The notes under the pieces: generated by a model | Databases searched by the model: none | What the model was told of the DNA's origin: nothing | What the model saw: the letters and a program-made list of their open reading frames with translations, nothing else | Shown here: one piece after another, positions 1 to 12,251 of the stretch | How the letters are laid out: each line of letters begins with the position of its first letter | How positions within the stretch are numbered: position 1 is the stretch's first letter | Origin: Macrostomum lignano | Taxonomy: Eukaryota | Assembly (NCBI GenBank): GCA_002269645.1 | Contig: NIVC01002753.1 | Span: 1-64,000, forward strand | Length of the DNA stretch: 64,000 bases | Reading direction: 5' to 3' | Translations under genes and position numbers: made by a program

Positions 1-281
1 GTCAGTTCCCTTAGTTAAGTAGTCAGTTTCAATAGTAGAGCTTTACACTGGCTCTCATCCGATATTATAATTTATTCATCAGGTAGGAAGGGTTTGTTCC
101 TGACAACCGTGATGGCAGTCACACAAAAGCTAGTTGTTATAAGAAAAATGAGAAAAAATACTATTTGATGATTTTCTCTGTTGATAAACTGACTGCGTTT
201 GACGTGGAATAGACAATAGCCTCTGTTTATATAAATAGTACTTTTATTGGCTTATTCTTAGTAGTGCCATCTACTGAGGCA

Positions 282-1685
282 CCTGTGCCGCCTACATGTG
301 CATCCATTAGGAACCCCTGTCACCTACATGTGCATCCATTAGGAGCCCTGTCACCTACATGTACATCCATTAGGAACCCCCTGTCACCTACATCTGCATC
401 CATTAGGAACCCCCTGTCACCTACATGTGCATCCATTAGGAGCCCTGTCACCTACATCTGCATCCATTAGGAACCCCTGTCACCTACATGTGCATCCATT
501 AGGAACCCCCTGTCACCTACATCTGCATCCATTAGGAACCCCCTGTCACCTACATGTACATCCATTAGGAGCCCCTGTCACCTACATGTGCATCCATTAG
601 GAACCCCCTGTCACCTACATGTGCATCCATTAGGAGCCCCTGTCACCTACATGTGCATCCATTAGGAGCCTGTCACCTACATGTGCATCCATTAGGAGCC
701 CCCTGTCACTTACATTTACATCCATTAGGAGCCCCTGTCACCTACATGTGCATCCATTAGGAGCCCCTGTCACCTACATGTGCATCCATTAGGAACCCCT
801 GTCACCTACATGTGCATCCATTAGGAGCCCCCTGTCACTTACATTTACATCCATTAGGAGCCCTGTCACCTACATGTGCATCCATTAGGAGCCCCTGTCA
901 CCTACATGTGCATCCATTAGGAGCCCCTGTCACCTACATGTGCATCCATTAGGAGCCCCCTGTCACCTACATGGGCATCCATTAGGAGCCCCCTGTCACC
1001 TACATGTGCATCCATTAGGAGCCCCTGTCACCTACATGTGCATCCATTAGGAGCCCCTGTCACCTACATGTGCATCCATTAGGAGCCCCTGTCACTTACA
1101 TTTACATCCATTAGGAGCCCTGTCACTTACATGTGCATCCATTAGGAGCCCCCTGTCACCTACATGTGCATCCATTAGGAGCCCCCTGTCACCTACATGT
1201 GCATCCATTAGGAGCCCCCTGTCACCTACATGTGCATCCATTAGGAGCCCCTGTCACCTACATGTGCATCCATTAGGAGCCCCCTGTCACCTACATGTGC
1301 ATCCATTAGGAGCCCCCTGTCACCTACATGTGCATCCATTAGGAGCCCTGTCACCTACATGTGCATCCATTAGGAGCCCCTGTCACCTACATGTGCATCC
1401 ATTAGGAGCCCCCTGTCACTTACATGTGCATCCATTAGGAGCCCCCTGTCACCTACATGCACATCCATTAGGAGCCCCCTGTCACCTACATGTACATCCA
1501 TTAGGAACCCCTGTCACCTACATGTACATCCATTAAGAAGCCCCTGTAATCTACATGTACATGCATTAGAAACCCCTGTCACCTACATGTACATCCATTA
1601 GGAACCCCTGTCACCTACATGTACTCCATAGGAACCCCTGTCACCTACATGTAACTCCATAGGAACCCCCTGTCAGCTACATGTT
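282..1685. repeat. 31-33-bp minisatellite (ccctgtcacctacatgtgcatccattaggagcc)
   Basis: Direct tandem inspection. Confidence 0.95.
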
Positions 1686-2492
1686 TTATGTCATGTTATG
1701 CATTGTCATGTGCCTAAGGTTGACCTGTTTCGATGTCTGAAATTTCTAAACACCAGCGTAAAAACACTTTAATTACCACCCTATTTCCTCCTGTCCCGTG
1801 CTATTACCCTTGAACTTTGATTGGCCTTCATACCCAACCGTAACTTGCCGCAAAAAACGCTGCTAGTTTGTAACCAAAGCTATCATTCGGTCTTTCCTTA
1901 CTTTACTTGTCTTCTTTTTAACCCTCCTGCCCTCCTTCCCCGGCCTCTGTTACTGGCTGCTTGCGCCTCCCCACCTTGCATCCAAATCCTCTTTCCTTAA
2001 GCACTGCCTGTTCAGCCGTGTCTGAAGGGGGAAGAGAGCCGAGAGAGAGAGAGAGACGATGGAGAGGGAGAGAATGAGACAGGAAGACAGAGCCAGATAC
2101 GCTTGGGTATTCTCAGTCTCTCTCGATTCTCTCGCCTCAGACTCAGCTCTCCCAACCCCTCCTCCAACCGCGTCCCCTACACTTGGCCCTAAACAAAGAA
2201 TATATTACGGCTCCACTAAAGGCGTTTTTTACCTCCGCTAAGTCCGCCCACACATCGCGCTAAGCAGGCCGTAATAAATAGCGTTAGCGTTACAGTAATT
2301 TAATCAGACCAACATCGACATTGAAGAGTCAGAACAACAGACACCAGGAATTTGCCTTGAGAGCTATTATTTATTGTCGTCTGATTTCACTCAAACTTGA
2401 CGCCACAATGGACGTCTCTATGAGTTAATAAAATTGGACGTTAACGTTAAAGTTTTGTCCACTTCAATTAGTCCGTCAATCAAGCGTATACA

Positions 2493-3697
2493 ATGCCGTT
2501 CAAAGGCCTGCTGTGTCGCCGGTCTGGCAGCAAAGAAAACAGTAGTAACAGCGGTAGTGGCAATAAAGAATTTCAATCGTTGCCTTCTATGCCAGCTAGC
2601 GGCAGCCGAGGCAGTGTAAGACAGGGTCAGCAGCCGCAGGCTCCGTTGCCTGCCCAGCCTGTGCGCCAGATTCACCGCCCGCCGCCGCTTCAGCTGCCCA
2701 ATCCAATACCGATTGTGGTTGAGCATCTTCTAGACGACAATGATGAAGGTAATAACGCGCCTAGTAGCGGTGGTGATGCAGCTGCTGCCGCATCTGCTAG
2801 TTCTACCGTCTGCTATCAGGTAGATGTTGACGCGGAAGCCTCTACCACAGTCTGCGGCAGTCCATTTCGTTTAAGTTTAAACGCTCCGTCGGCTAGTCTT
2901 AGTGGCGGCAATTTATTAAGCAAGCATCGATCGAACAGCTACGATGCCACAGGAGCCGGTAGCATGCCCAGCAGCGGAGTTTACCTCGAGGAAATGTCCA
3001 CCGCGTCGAATAGTGGTGCGCCGAATTCTCCCGACGAATTGATGCTGGTGAACAGCGCTAGAGGTGGCAGCGGCGGAGGCGGCTCAACTGCAGGCAGTCC
3101 CAGTGGACGAATTGAATCGCCAACTAGATTCTTCATCAATAAATTGGCTCTGCCCAGTTTCAATAGGAAACGCGGTCGTTCGCTTGAGATACCGAGACTG
3201 TGCGTTCACTGTGCAATTCTTGAAGAGCTGGCGGCCACTGCTGCTGCTAATGCTACGGAGCGCCCTTCCGAGCTAGATGCTGACGCTCAGTGCGCCACTA
3301 GTTGTGAGGAAGACTCGGACGACGACACTTCGTCCGTATTATCCTCGTCATCTTCGGATTCGGCCAGCAATGCTAATCGACATCCTCCAGCAGCCATTGT
3401 TAGCAATTTTCTTCAAGTACCAAGCGCGCTTCCGCCCGGCTTCCGGTCGAGTTCGCTTGACGATCCGCGTTGGAGCGGCAGCGGCGGAAGTTCTTCCGGC
3501 GGCCCGCCCAGTGTTGCTAGCGCAGCCGCTTCGCCGACGTCGCCCGGATCGCGACGACGCCCGATGCTTGGCGAAATTGGAGCCGGCAAAGCCGTTTGCG
3601 GCGACGACGGTGGCAGCAGCGGCGGAAGGATGGTCGGGAAGCAACGACGCGCCCTTTCATTCGATGTGTCCGCTTGGTCCTTGCGTCGTCGGCTGTC
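2493..3697 (+). CDS. DGKZ: Type IV diacylglycerol kinase, exon 1 (long Ser/Gly/Ala-rich N-terminal extension)
   Basis: 402-aa ORF whose stop lies within a GTGAGT donor at 3698; phase 2 joins exon 2 in frame (RRRLS|KSPG). Confidence 0.75.
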
Positions 3698-5481
3698 GTG
3701 AGTTGTATTTGACTGCGATCGCCGTTATCGCAAAGTAACCTTTCGTGTCTTTATGTTCTTGTACGGCTTCACTGTTTTCAAAGTTGCTGTCTGTCCCAAA
3801 GTTGACGCACATGCCTTAGAATGACCAAACGCGTCTTAAGGTGACGTGACCTACAGTGGCTTACGGTGTATCTGAGTGACCGACCGTGTCTTTGAGTGAG
3901 TGAATGTGTTTTTAGAATGACCGATCGTGTATTCAGAGTGCCTAACGGTATCTAAGAATGATCTTGAATTCGACTCCAACATCAAAATTAGAGTCACTAT
4001 CTTAAAATGGACAAATTTATCTAAGTATACATGGGCCCGTGTCTAATTGCCACTTTTTTCAGAGATGGGTCCTGTAGAACTGGCTGCAGCCGTAAATTAG
4101 CTATGCAGAAAACGCAATCTTGATAATTTGATTGAACACAGCGCCTATACTGTATATCTCATATTGATCGTCTTTCTGGCCCACTACTGTCGGCGTTGAA
4201 CCTTGCAATGTTTTTCTGACAAGCAGTGTAAAATTCTACATGCATGTTGCTAGCCTTCTTTCAGCCGGCTTGACACAATATCTGAAACAATCAATAACGC
4301 ACAGCTGATTAGGCAAGAATGCAGGCAGGTACGCATTAGTGCACATTGCGTTGACCTCCGCTGTTGCAACTGCTGGATCCGCTGGGACAAAACCATGAGG
4401 CAAAGAAGACGAGGAAGAAATACAGAAATACAGAAATACAGAAATGGAAGAGGTTAAACTACGAGGCTGCATCTACAATATACGAGCGTACATGCAAATA
4501 ATCGCTCTCCGCTAAATGCGCAAGCCAATGCTAATGACTATGGGAACCGCTTGGGTCGTTTGTTGGGCCGTATATTATATGCTTGCATTATGTGCATATA
4601 ATGCCTGTACATTTACATGTACGTTACCAGCGTCAGTGGACATTTTGTCGCCCATCTGGAACTGCGACGACAAAAAATACGCACATTTTTTCGTTGACTC
4701 GGGTTGGGGGGGGTAGCTTTAGTTGCTGAAATGCAATTTCGAGTTATGGTTATTACTTGACTTTTCGTTCCCCCGTCGAAGTTTCAGCCCGGCTGTATCT
4801 TGTTTCCAATCTCCGCCTCTTTCATCCGCTGCGGCCCAGTCTCTAGACATACTTATGCATGCTAAGCCATCGCGCTTCGCTTCAAAAGCTATGCACTAAG
4901 GGATTTTAGTCAAACAGTCTCCTATGGCATACGTTATCTGCTAGACCATGTAGCACTACCGGTAATCCTCCTATGGCTACAACAAAAAGCAGCTATAATA
5001 GTTGAGATTTAAGACGCATTGATGACAAATCCTAATAATCTTCTAAGTCGGACGGAAAGGTGTATTATATTGCTGGATAATGACACTGCATTCTAGTTAG
5101 GAAAAGTGTGCACGTGGTTCTATATGCATATCGTTATAAACTTATCGGATTTTACAGTTCTCCGACTAGGCCTACTGTTTACCCTGCGTTTTTAGTTTCT
5201 TCACATCACACATGATTCATCTCACACCTTCATCACGCAAGGAGGGAGCTTTAACAACGGCAACAAAGGACATTATTACTTTGAACCCCAATGTCACGGC
5301 TATGCGCACTTCACTGTGCCTTGGGGTTGACTCTCAAGGGCGTTAATTGTACGGCTAGAACCAAACCGAAGTTTCGGAGGGGAGCCGTAGCCGTAACGAT
5401 AAAGTGCCCTTGTGCATATTCTTACGTACGCATAATATATATATGTACTTTACACACACTATTTAAGAGATATGAGTTTAG

Positions 5482-5806
5482 TTAGAGGCAGGGGCTGCGT
5501 GCACCCTGGCGCACTTTAAGCGACATTGTCGCACAACCCGGCGAGAGGCATTGCTGCCCATTCCGCCGACTCCCCTGAGCAGGCGCACAAGCGCGCGGAT
5601 ACGTACGCAGTCATACGCACAGGCACACACTCACACAAGAGTGTACAGCGGCCCTAACTTTATTTATCGCTAGGCATGTACACCAATGTGCCTTGGGGGT
5701 TGGCTCCTCAAGGCCGTTAATTGCACGAGCAGAGCCAAGCCGAGATTCCAATTTAGCCCCAGATTAATATCACTGCACTTGGAATCGAGCCTGGGCCGCT
5801 AGCATA
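5482..5806 (-). mobile_element. SINE family A copy (5' part truncated); older fragment at about 5305-5385
   Basis: Reverse complement matches the SINE body and B box (ggaatcgagcc). Confidence 0.85.
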
Positions 5807-7151
5807 TCCAGAGTCATATAGTTCTTTATGATTGTTTTCCGTCTGAGTAACCCGGTGTTTGGGTCTCATCTATAATGTCTCCTCATTTGTTGGGTTACAA
5901 AATTTAAGATGTCGTTATCTTTTAGCAAATCAAATATGCTTTTTAGACTTTTTCATTCCCTTGCGGCTTCGAAATGGTTCGCCCAAGCTCTTAAAAATTG
6001 AAACAGTTTTTTTAATGAAAGAGACTTTTTCGTCAAGTTGCACATTAACTCGCCCTGACAGGCAGACAGTGCCACAAACGGAATTATTTAATAATAAGGT
6101 TTTAGGTTTCTCACTAATATATGTAACTATAAATAATCCGTATCTTTCGTCTGGCTACTTTTGCGGATAGAATGACGCTGCTGTAGGATCGATTAAGATG
6201 ATCATTTTTTACGGTTGGTTTAGTTCTGGGAGATGTGGCAGGATTATGTAGAGGCTGTTATACTTTTAGCAAACAGGCTCAACTAAAGAGTAGAGGGGAA
6301 TTTATTGATTTTCTAGAAACTTCTTTAACCAAGCATGTTGCGTGCTGTTGTTAGTGACAAGTTTCTGTATAAAGAGTCAAGCATTTTGCCTGCTTCCACA
6401 AGACGAACAGTGAGCAGTTGGAGTTGTAAGGTTAAGCTGAAAAGCTCTCTCTTGAAAGAAAATCAATAGCATGATGACAAACTGCATATGCTGACTACCT
6501 TTGCGCCTCATTTTGTACTTTCTCGCTTTCTAAGCCCTTCTCACTTGAGCTGAGTGATGTGTGCTTGTGCTTCCTACGTGCTATCAATATACTTGCACCG
6601 CATGACCTTTCTCCTCTCAGATGTAGTTAGTAGCGGGGGGTTATAATGCGAGCATAGAATCTATATTAATAATTTTTCCATTTTTTCTGTCCAACTTCTC
6701 TTCCTCTCCTCTCTCTCTCCTCTCTCTCCTCTCTCTATTTCTTTCTGGTCAATTTTTCTCTTTTTGCTCGGGCATCGTTATTGAGGCATCGGGCTGCAAG
6801 CTGGAACGATTCTTCTTTAATTAATTCATCCTTCTATTCCTCATTTCTCTCTTCCCTCTCCCCTTCCTAGTCATTTCGTGCTCGATCGAACCAATTCCTG
6901 ACGATAACCTCCGGTTATCCGTTTTTTTTAATTCTATACATACACACTGCACTTTAGACGAAACTATTATGTAGAGTATTCTGCTCATAGAGTAAGATCA
7001 CTTAGGCTCAGATCAATTTAATATATTCATACTTGTACTGGGGGCTATTGATTGCCCCGATGAATTAAAATTCCTGCGTAGGCCACTGATTAGAGGTCTG
7101 CAGAATGAGTGCTTGTCTAAAAAGTATTCTTTTTTGATGACCCAACATCAG

Positions 7152-7284
7152 GAAGTCTCCCGGAACATCAGCGACCTCCGCTGCAGCCGCCGCGGACCCC
7201 AATGTCAGCTGCCTGCTGCACCCGAGCCACGCTGAATTCGGCTACCTGCCGGCTAAGGCTTGGAAAAACTCCGTGGATTGGACT
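7152..7284 (+). CDS. DGKZ: DGK exon 2
   Basis: CAG acceptor, GTGAGA donor; ends KNSVDWT, matching DGKZ RSTVDWS. Confidence 0.85.
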
Positions 7285-7295
7285 GTGAGAGTTGC

Positions 7296-7452
7296 TATGA
7301 CCCTTGTTATGACCGATCATTGAATGACCTGGGTGATGACCAGCCCCTTGTTATGACCGATCATTGAATGACCTGGATGATGCCATACCCTTGCTTTGAC
7401 CGATCATCTAATGACCTGAATGATGACCGACCCTTGTTATGACCGATCATCT
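7296..7452. repeat. About 50-bp tandem repeat (cccttgttatgaccgatcat...), 3-4 copies
   Basis: Direct inspection. Confidence 0.8.
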
Positions 7453-7517
7453 AGCTATATTTACCTGAATTATGAGCAACGCATATTATGAAATTACCAA
7501 TGTAATACCAATTGCAG

Positions 7518-7601
7518 GACTCTGCCGTGAACGGTGAGCACACCTGGATTGACACCGGAGCTAGCGGCGATTTTTGCTACGTTGGAGAGTCCGACTGTTG
7601 C
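7518..7601 (+). CDS. DGKZ: DGK exon 3 (C1A start)
   Basis: [28 protein letters not shown] matches [24 protein letters not shown]; AG/GTGAGT. Confidence 0.95.
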
Positions 7602-7705
7602 GTGAGTTCAGTGTCACTCAGTCGCTTGATTTTTTTATTGAGTCTTCTATGCACAATATTTCTCATTCCTTTGTAATAATTCGAGAAAGCGTCTTCCTTT
7701 TGCAG

Positions 7706-7780
7706 AAATCTGGCAGTAAAAAGAAGTGCACAGCTTGTAAAATTATCATTCACACTGGCTGCTTTGCTCAGCTAGAAAAG
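7706..7780 (+). CDS. DGKZ: DGK exon 4 (C1A)
   Basis: KSGSKKKCTACKIIIHTGCFAQLEK; AG/GTGAGA. Confidence 0.95.
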
Positions 7781-7814
7781 GTGAGATGCTTTGGGGGCTG
7801 GTGTTTGCCGAGAT

Positions 7815-8085
7815 GGTTGAGAGACGGTTGAGAGACGGTTGAAAGAGGGTTGAGAAAGGGTTGAGAAAGGGTTGAGAGAGGGTTGTGAGACGGTTGAAAG
7901 AGGATTGTGAGAAGGTTGTGAGACGGTTGAGAGATGGGATGCTTGAAAGACGGTTGAGAGATGGGATGGTTGATAGATGGGATGGTTGTGAGACGGTTGA
8001 AAGAGGGTTGTGAGAGGGTTGTGAAAGGGTTGAGAGATGGTTGAGAGATGGTTGAGAGACGGTTGAGAGAGGGTGTTGAGAGACG
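7815..8085. repeat. 11-bp degenerate minisatellite (ggttgagagac)
   Basis: Direct inspection. Confidence 0.85.
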
Positions 8086-8771
8086 GCCGGCGTTTTAGGG
8101 CAGAGGGCAGAGGCTTATGTGACGGTATAAATAAACATGCTTGGTAAAAATTTGATAAAAGAGATCTTCAACAAAGGAAAGCAAAGTTGCAGTTAGACAA
8201 TTGAGAAGGTTGGAACGTAGCAATCAAGGATTTATATTTGGATCAACAGAAGAATAGGATGAATGAGAAAATACTTATATCGATAGCTACTAGCGTAGAT
8301 AAATATAGCTTTGATCGACCGACTGCAACTTATAATTGAACGGGATCGATAATTAGCTAGGTATATTGTAAGCATAAAAAACTTTTACAATCGTGACAAT
8401 TTCGTGTTATCTCAGTTCAGTCATTTTCCAACCTTTTTTTCCTCTTCCTATAAGGAAGTAGCGAAGGAAGGCGCAGTTCGTTTGCATTTGCACAGCACAC
8501 AAAAGGCGTTGCAGCTGGGTCTATGCGAATGGTACTGTCTGTTTAAGCTAGTGTGACAAAGCCCATATACCCGTGATAATAGAGCTAGTTTTTTAGGGGC
8601 GTATGGTGGGGTTGCCAAGCTGTGGAAAGGCAAGACTCTGGACTGTTTGCCATTGATTGCTATGCTAGTGAATTCAGATAGGATTTCAACGGCATGGGGA
8701 TTAGTGTCTTTCGTTGACATTTAATCCCGTTGGGTGTTTCCCTTGAATTTGTCTCATTAGGTTTATCCCTT

Positions 8772-9082
8772 TGGATTTATCCCCTGGGATTTATCTCCTG
8801 GGATTCATCCCCTGGGATTCATCCCCTGGGATTCATCCCCTGGGATTCATCCCCTGGGATTCATCCCCTGGGATTTATCCCCTGGGATTTATCCCCTGGG
8901 ATTTATCCCCTGGGATTTATCCCCTGGGATTTATCCCCTGGGATTTATCCCCTGGGATTTATCCCCTGGGATTTATCCCCTGGGATTTATCCCTGGGATT
9001 TATCCCCTGGGATTTATCCCCTGGGATTTATCCCCTGGGATTTATCCCCTGGGATTTATCCCCTGGGATTTATCCCCTGGGA
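8772..9082. repeat. 14-bp minisatellite (atttatcccctggg)
   Basis: Direct inspection. Confidence 0.95.
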
Positions 9083-9149
9083 TTCTTTCTCAGTATTGAT
9101 CAGTAAAAGCAGCTATAAACTGAAGAATATGTTTACATTCAATCCGCAG

Positions 9150-9221
9150 ATTGCGTTCCGTTGCAAGCCCACTTTTCGAGAGGCAAATCTAAAAAATTAT
9201 CGCGATGGACGACACGGAGAG
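9150..9221 (+). CDS. DGKZ: DGK exon 5
   Basis: IAFRCKPTFRE matches INFRCKPSFRE; AG/GT. Confidence 0.92.
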
Positions 9222-9306
9222 GTGGGAAAGTTTTTCTTGATTTTTCTTTTTTTGCTTGAATCAGCAGATTAATGTTTTCGTGAAATATGTTTTTTTCAAC
9301 CCACAG

Positions 9307-9372
9307 CTGTTTATTAAACATCATTGGGTGCATCGGAGGCGGCAAGAGGGAAAGTGTAAAGCTTGCGGAAAG
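9307..9372 (+). CDS. DGKZ: DGK exon 6 (C1B start)
   Basis: [22 protein letters not shown]; AG/GTGAGG. Confidence 0.95.
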
Positions 9373-9414
9373 GTGAGGATGGGATGCTGTTCGTAACTGT
9401 AATAACTGCACTCC

Positions 9415-9755
9415 CATGATGGCGCTTCCTGATATTTTCTCTATCTTGTGGCGCTTTTAAGTTAGCGCCCCTGACTGGCGCCTCTTGATGGCGCTTCTTG
9501 ACTGGCGACCCTTGATAGCGCTTCTTGACTGGCGCCCCTTGATGGCGCTTCTTGACTGGCGCCCCTTGATGGCGCTTCCTGATATTTCTCTATCTTGTGG
9601 CGCTTTTAAATTGGCGCCTCTGACTGGCGCCTCTTGATGGCGCCTCTTGATGGCGCTCCTTGACTGGCGCCCCTTGATGGCGCTCCCAGAATGGCGCCCC
9701 TTGATGGCGTTCTTTGACTGGCGCCTCTTGATGGCGCTCCCTGATTGGCGCCCCT
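9415..9755. repeat. Degenerate ttgatggcgc/ttgactggcgc repeat
   Basis: Direct inspection. Confidence 0.85.
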
Positions 9756-9832
9756 CATTCAACATCATTTCAACCTTCACCGCAGCCTTCATTTACTGCC
9801 ATCCCTACCATCCTATACTCAATCCATTCCAG

Positions 9833-10280
9833 TCATTCCAACAGAAGTTCCCATTCAACAACAAGGAAGTGATAGCGATCTCCTGCAGCTGGTGCAAGGC
9901 CGCCTACCACAACAAGATCAACTGCTTCATGATGCATTTAATTGAAGAGTCCTGCAACTTCGGTTCGCACGCCTCCATCATACTGCCGCCGTCGTGGATA
10001 ATTAAAGTCCCCGGCAAAGCCAAGAGTCGTTTGTCGACCAGGCGTCGAAGCAGTCACGGAAAGACGTCGTTTAAGCGTCGAAAATCCAAGACCGGATTGC
10101 AGGTGCCGGCCAACGCTGCCGCCGCTGCTGCCGCCGCCGCCGCCGCCGCCGCTGCCGCCGCTGTGGACTCGAAACAGGTCGTCGGCGGTGGCGGCGACGG
10201 TGGAAGTCCGCCTAATGGATCCCAGGGTGCCACCGCCGCAGCCATTGCTGTTGTTGGCACCGTCAGTGCCTCCGCATCAG
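9833..10280 (+). CDS. DGKZ: DGK exon 7 (C1B end, MARCKS-like basic segment, poly-Ala)
   Basis: SFQQKF..EVIAISCSWCKAAYHNK..LPPSWI..KTSFKRRKSK, then Ala16; phase-1 donor at 10281 (3' boundary less certain). Confidence 0.88.
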
Positions 10281-10298
10281 GTTTGTTGGTGGCCTGGG

Positions 10299-11612
10299 GT
10301 AGAGTGGGTGATTGAGTAGAGTGGGTGATGGAGTAGAGTGGGTGATTGAGTAGGAGTGGGTGATTGAGTAGAGTGGCTGATTGAGTAGAGTGGGTGATTG
10401 AGTAGAGTGGGTGATTGAGTAGAGTGGGTGATTGAGTAGGAGTGAGTGATTGAGTAGTGGGTGATTGAGTAGAGTGGGTGATTGAGTAGGAGTGGGTGAT
10501 TGAGTAGAGTGGGTGATTGAGTAGGAGTGAGTGATTGAGTAGAGTGGGTGATTGAGTTGAGTGGGTGTTTGAGTAGAGTGAGTGATTGAGTAGAATGGCT
10601 GATTGAGTAGAGTGGGTGATTGAGTAGAGTGGGTGATTGAGTAGAGTGAGTGATTGAGTAGAGTGGGTGATTGAGTAGAGTGGGTGATTGAGTAGAGTGG
10701 GTGATTGAGTAGAGTGGGTGATTGAGTAGAGTGGGTGATTGAGTAGAGTGAGTGATTGAGTAGAGTGGGTGATTGAGTAGAGTGGGTGATTGAGTAGAGT
10801 AGGTGATTGAGTAGAGTGGGTGATTGAGTAGAGTAGGTGATTGAATAGAATGGGTGATTGAGTAGAGTGGGTGATTGAGTAGAGTGGGTGATTGAGTAGA
10901 ATGGGTGATTGAGTAGAGTGGGTGATTGAGTAGAGTGGGTGATTGAGTAGAGTGGGTGATTGAGTAGAGTGGGTGATTGAGTAGGAGTGAGTGATTGAGT
11001 AGTGGCTGATTGAGTAAGAGTGGGTGATTGAGTAGAGTGGGTGATTGAGTAGGAGTGAGTGATTGAGTAGTGGCTGATTGAGTAGGAGTGGCTGATTGAG
11101 TAGAGTGGGTGATTGAGTAGAGTGAGTGATTGAGTAGAGTGGGTGATTGAGTAGAGTGGGTGATTGAGTAGAGTAGGTGATTGAGTAGAGTGGGTGATTG
11201 AGTACGCTCGTAGAGTGGGTGATTGAGTAGAGTGGCTGATTGAGTAGAGTGGGTGATTGAGTAGAGTGGGTGATTGAGTAGAGTGGGTGATTGAGTAGAG
11301 TGGGTGATTGAGTAGAGTGGGTGATTGAGTAGAGTGGGTGATTGAGTAGGAGTGGGTGATTGAGTAGAGTGGGTGATTGAGTAGAGTGGGTGATTGAGTA
11401 GAGTGGGTGATTGAGTAGAGTAGGTGATTGAGTAGAGTGGGTGATTGAGTAGAGTGGGTGATTGAGTAGAGTGGGTGATTGAGTAGAGTGGGTGATTGAG
11501 TAGAGTGGGTGATTGAGTAGAGTGGGTGATTGAGTAGAGTGGGTGATTGAGTAGAGTGGGTGATTGAGTAAGAGTGGGTGATTGAGTAGAGTGAGTGATT
11601 GAGTAGAGTGGG
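10299..11612. repeat. 17-bp G-rich minisatellite (gagtagagtgggtgatt)
   Basis: Direct inspection; fills DGK intron 7. Confidence 0.95.
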
Positions 11613-11733
11613 CAGGGAAGTACGGTAGAGTGGTAGACTCTTCCAGGAGAAATAGATGATCAAGCATCAAACAGTCTGAATCGCTCATTCCTAGAATCTC
11701 ACCTCTTCTCCCCCTCCCCCCGACCTTGCGCAG

Positions 11734-12178
11734 CCGCCGCCTTAGCCCAGAGCGCCGCCCAGAGCACGCCGTTCATGATCAAACCGGTGCCGTCGCCACA
11801 CGTCCGACCAGTGCTGGTGTTCATCAACCCAAGGTCCGGCGGCAATCAGGGCGCCAAGCTGATGCACAAATTCCTGTGGCTGTTGAACCCGCGACAAGTG
11901 TTCGACATGGCCCAGCACGAGCCCTCGTTTGCCTTGGAACTGTTTCGCAAGGTGCCGAATCTGAGGATACTGGTGTGCGGAGGCGACGGCACTGCAGGCT
12001 GGGTGCTGTCTACCATAGACAGGCTGGGCATCAGTCCCTGTCCACCGGTTGCCATTCTGCCGCTGGGCACTGGTAACGATCTGGCCAGAACGTTAAACTG
12101 GGGTGCCGGGTACACTGACGAGCCGTTGTCTAAGATTCTCTGCTGCGTTGAAGAGGGTCGGGTAGTGCAGCTGGACCG
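11734..12178 (+). CDS. DGKZ: DGK exon 8 (DAGKc catalytic domain)
   Basis: [37 protein letters not shown]; GTAAGC donor. Confidence 0.97.
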
Positions 12179-12251
12179 GTAAGCGAGGCTGCGTCTGCTA
12201 CTGCCGCTTGTCCTAGAAATTTTTCCATAATGTACGACCTGAGCATCGCAG

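Noticed and set aside
2059-2241. 60-aa ORF as an alternative DGK first exon
   Set aside because: Begins in a GA repeat, no homology recognised and no clear in-phase donor.
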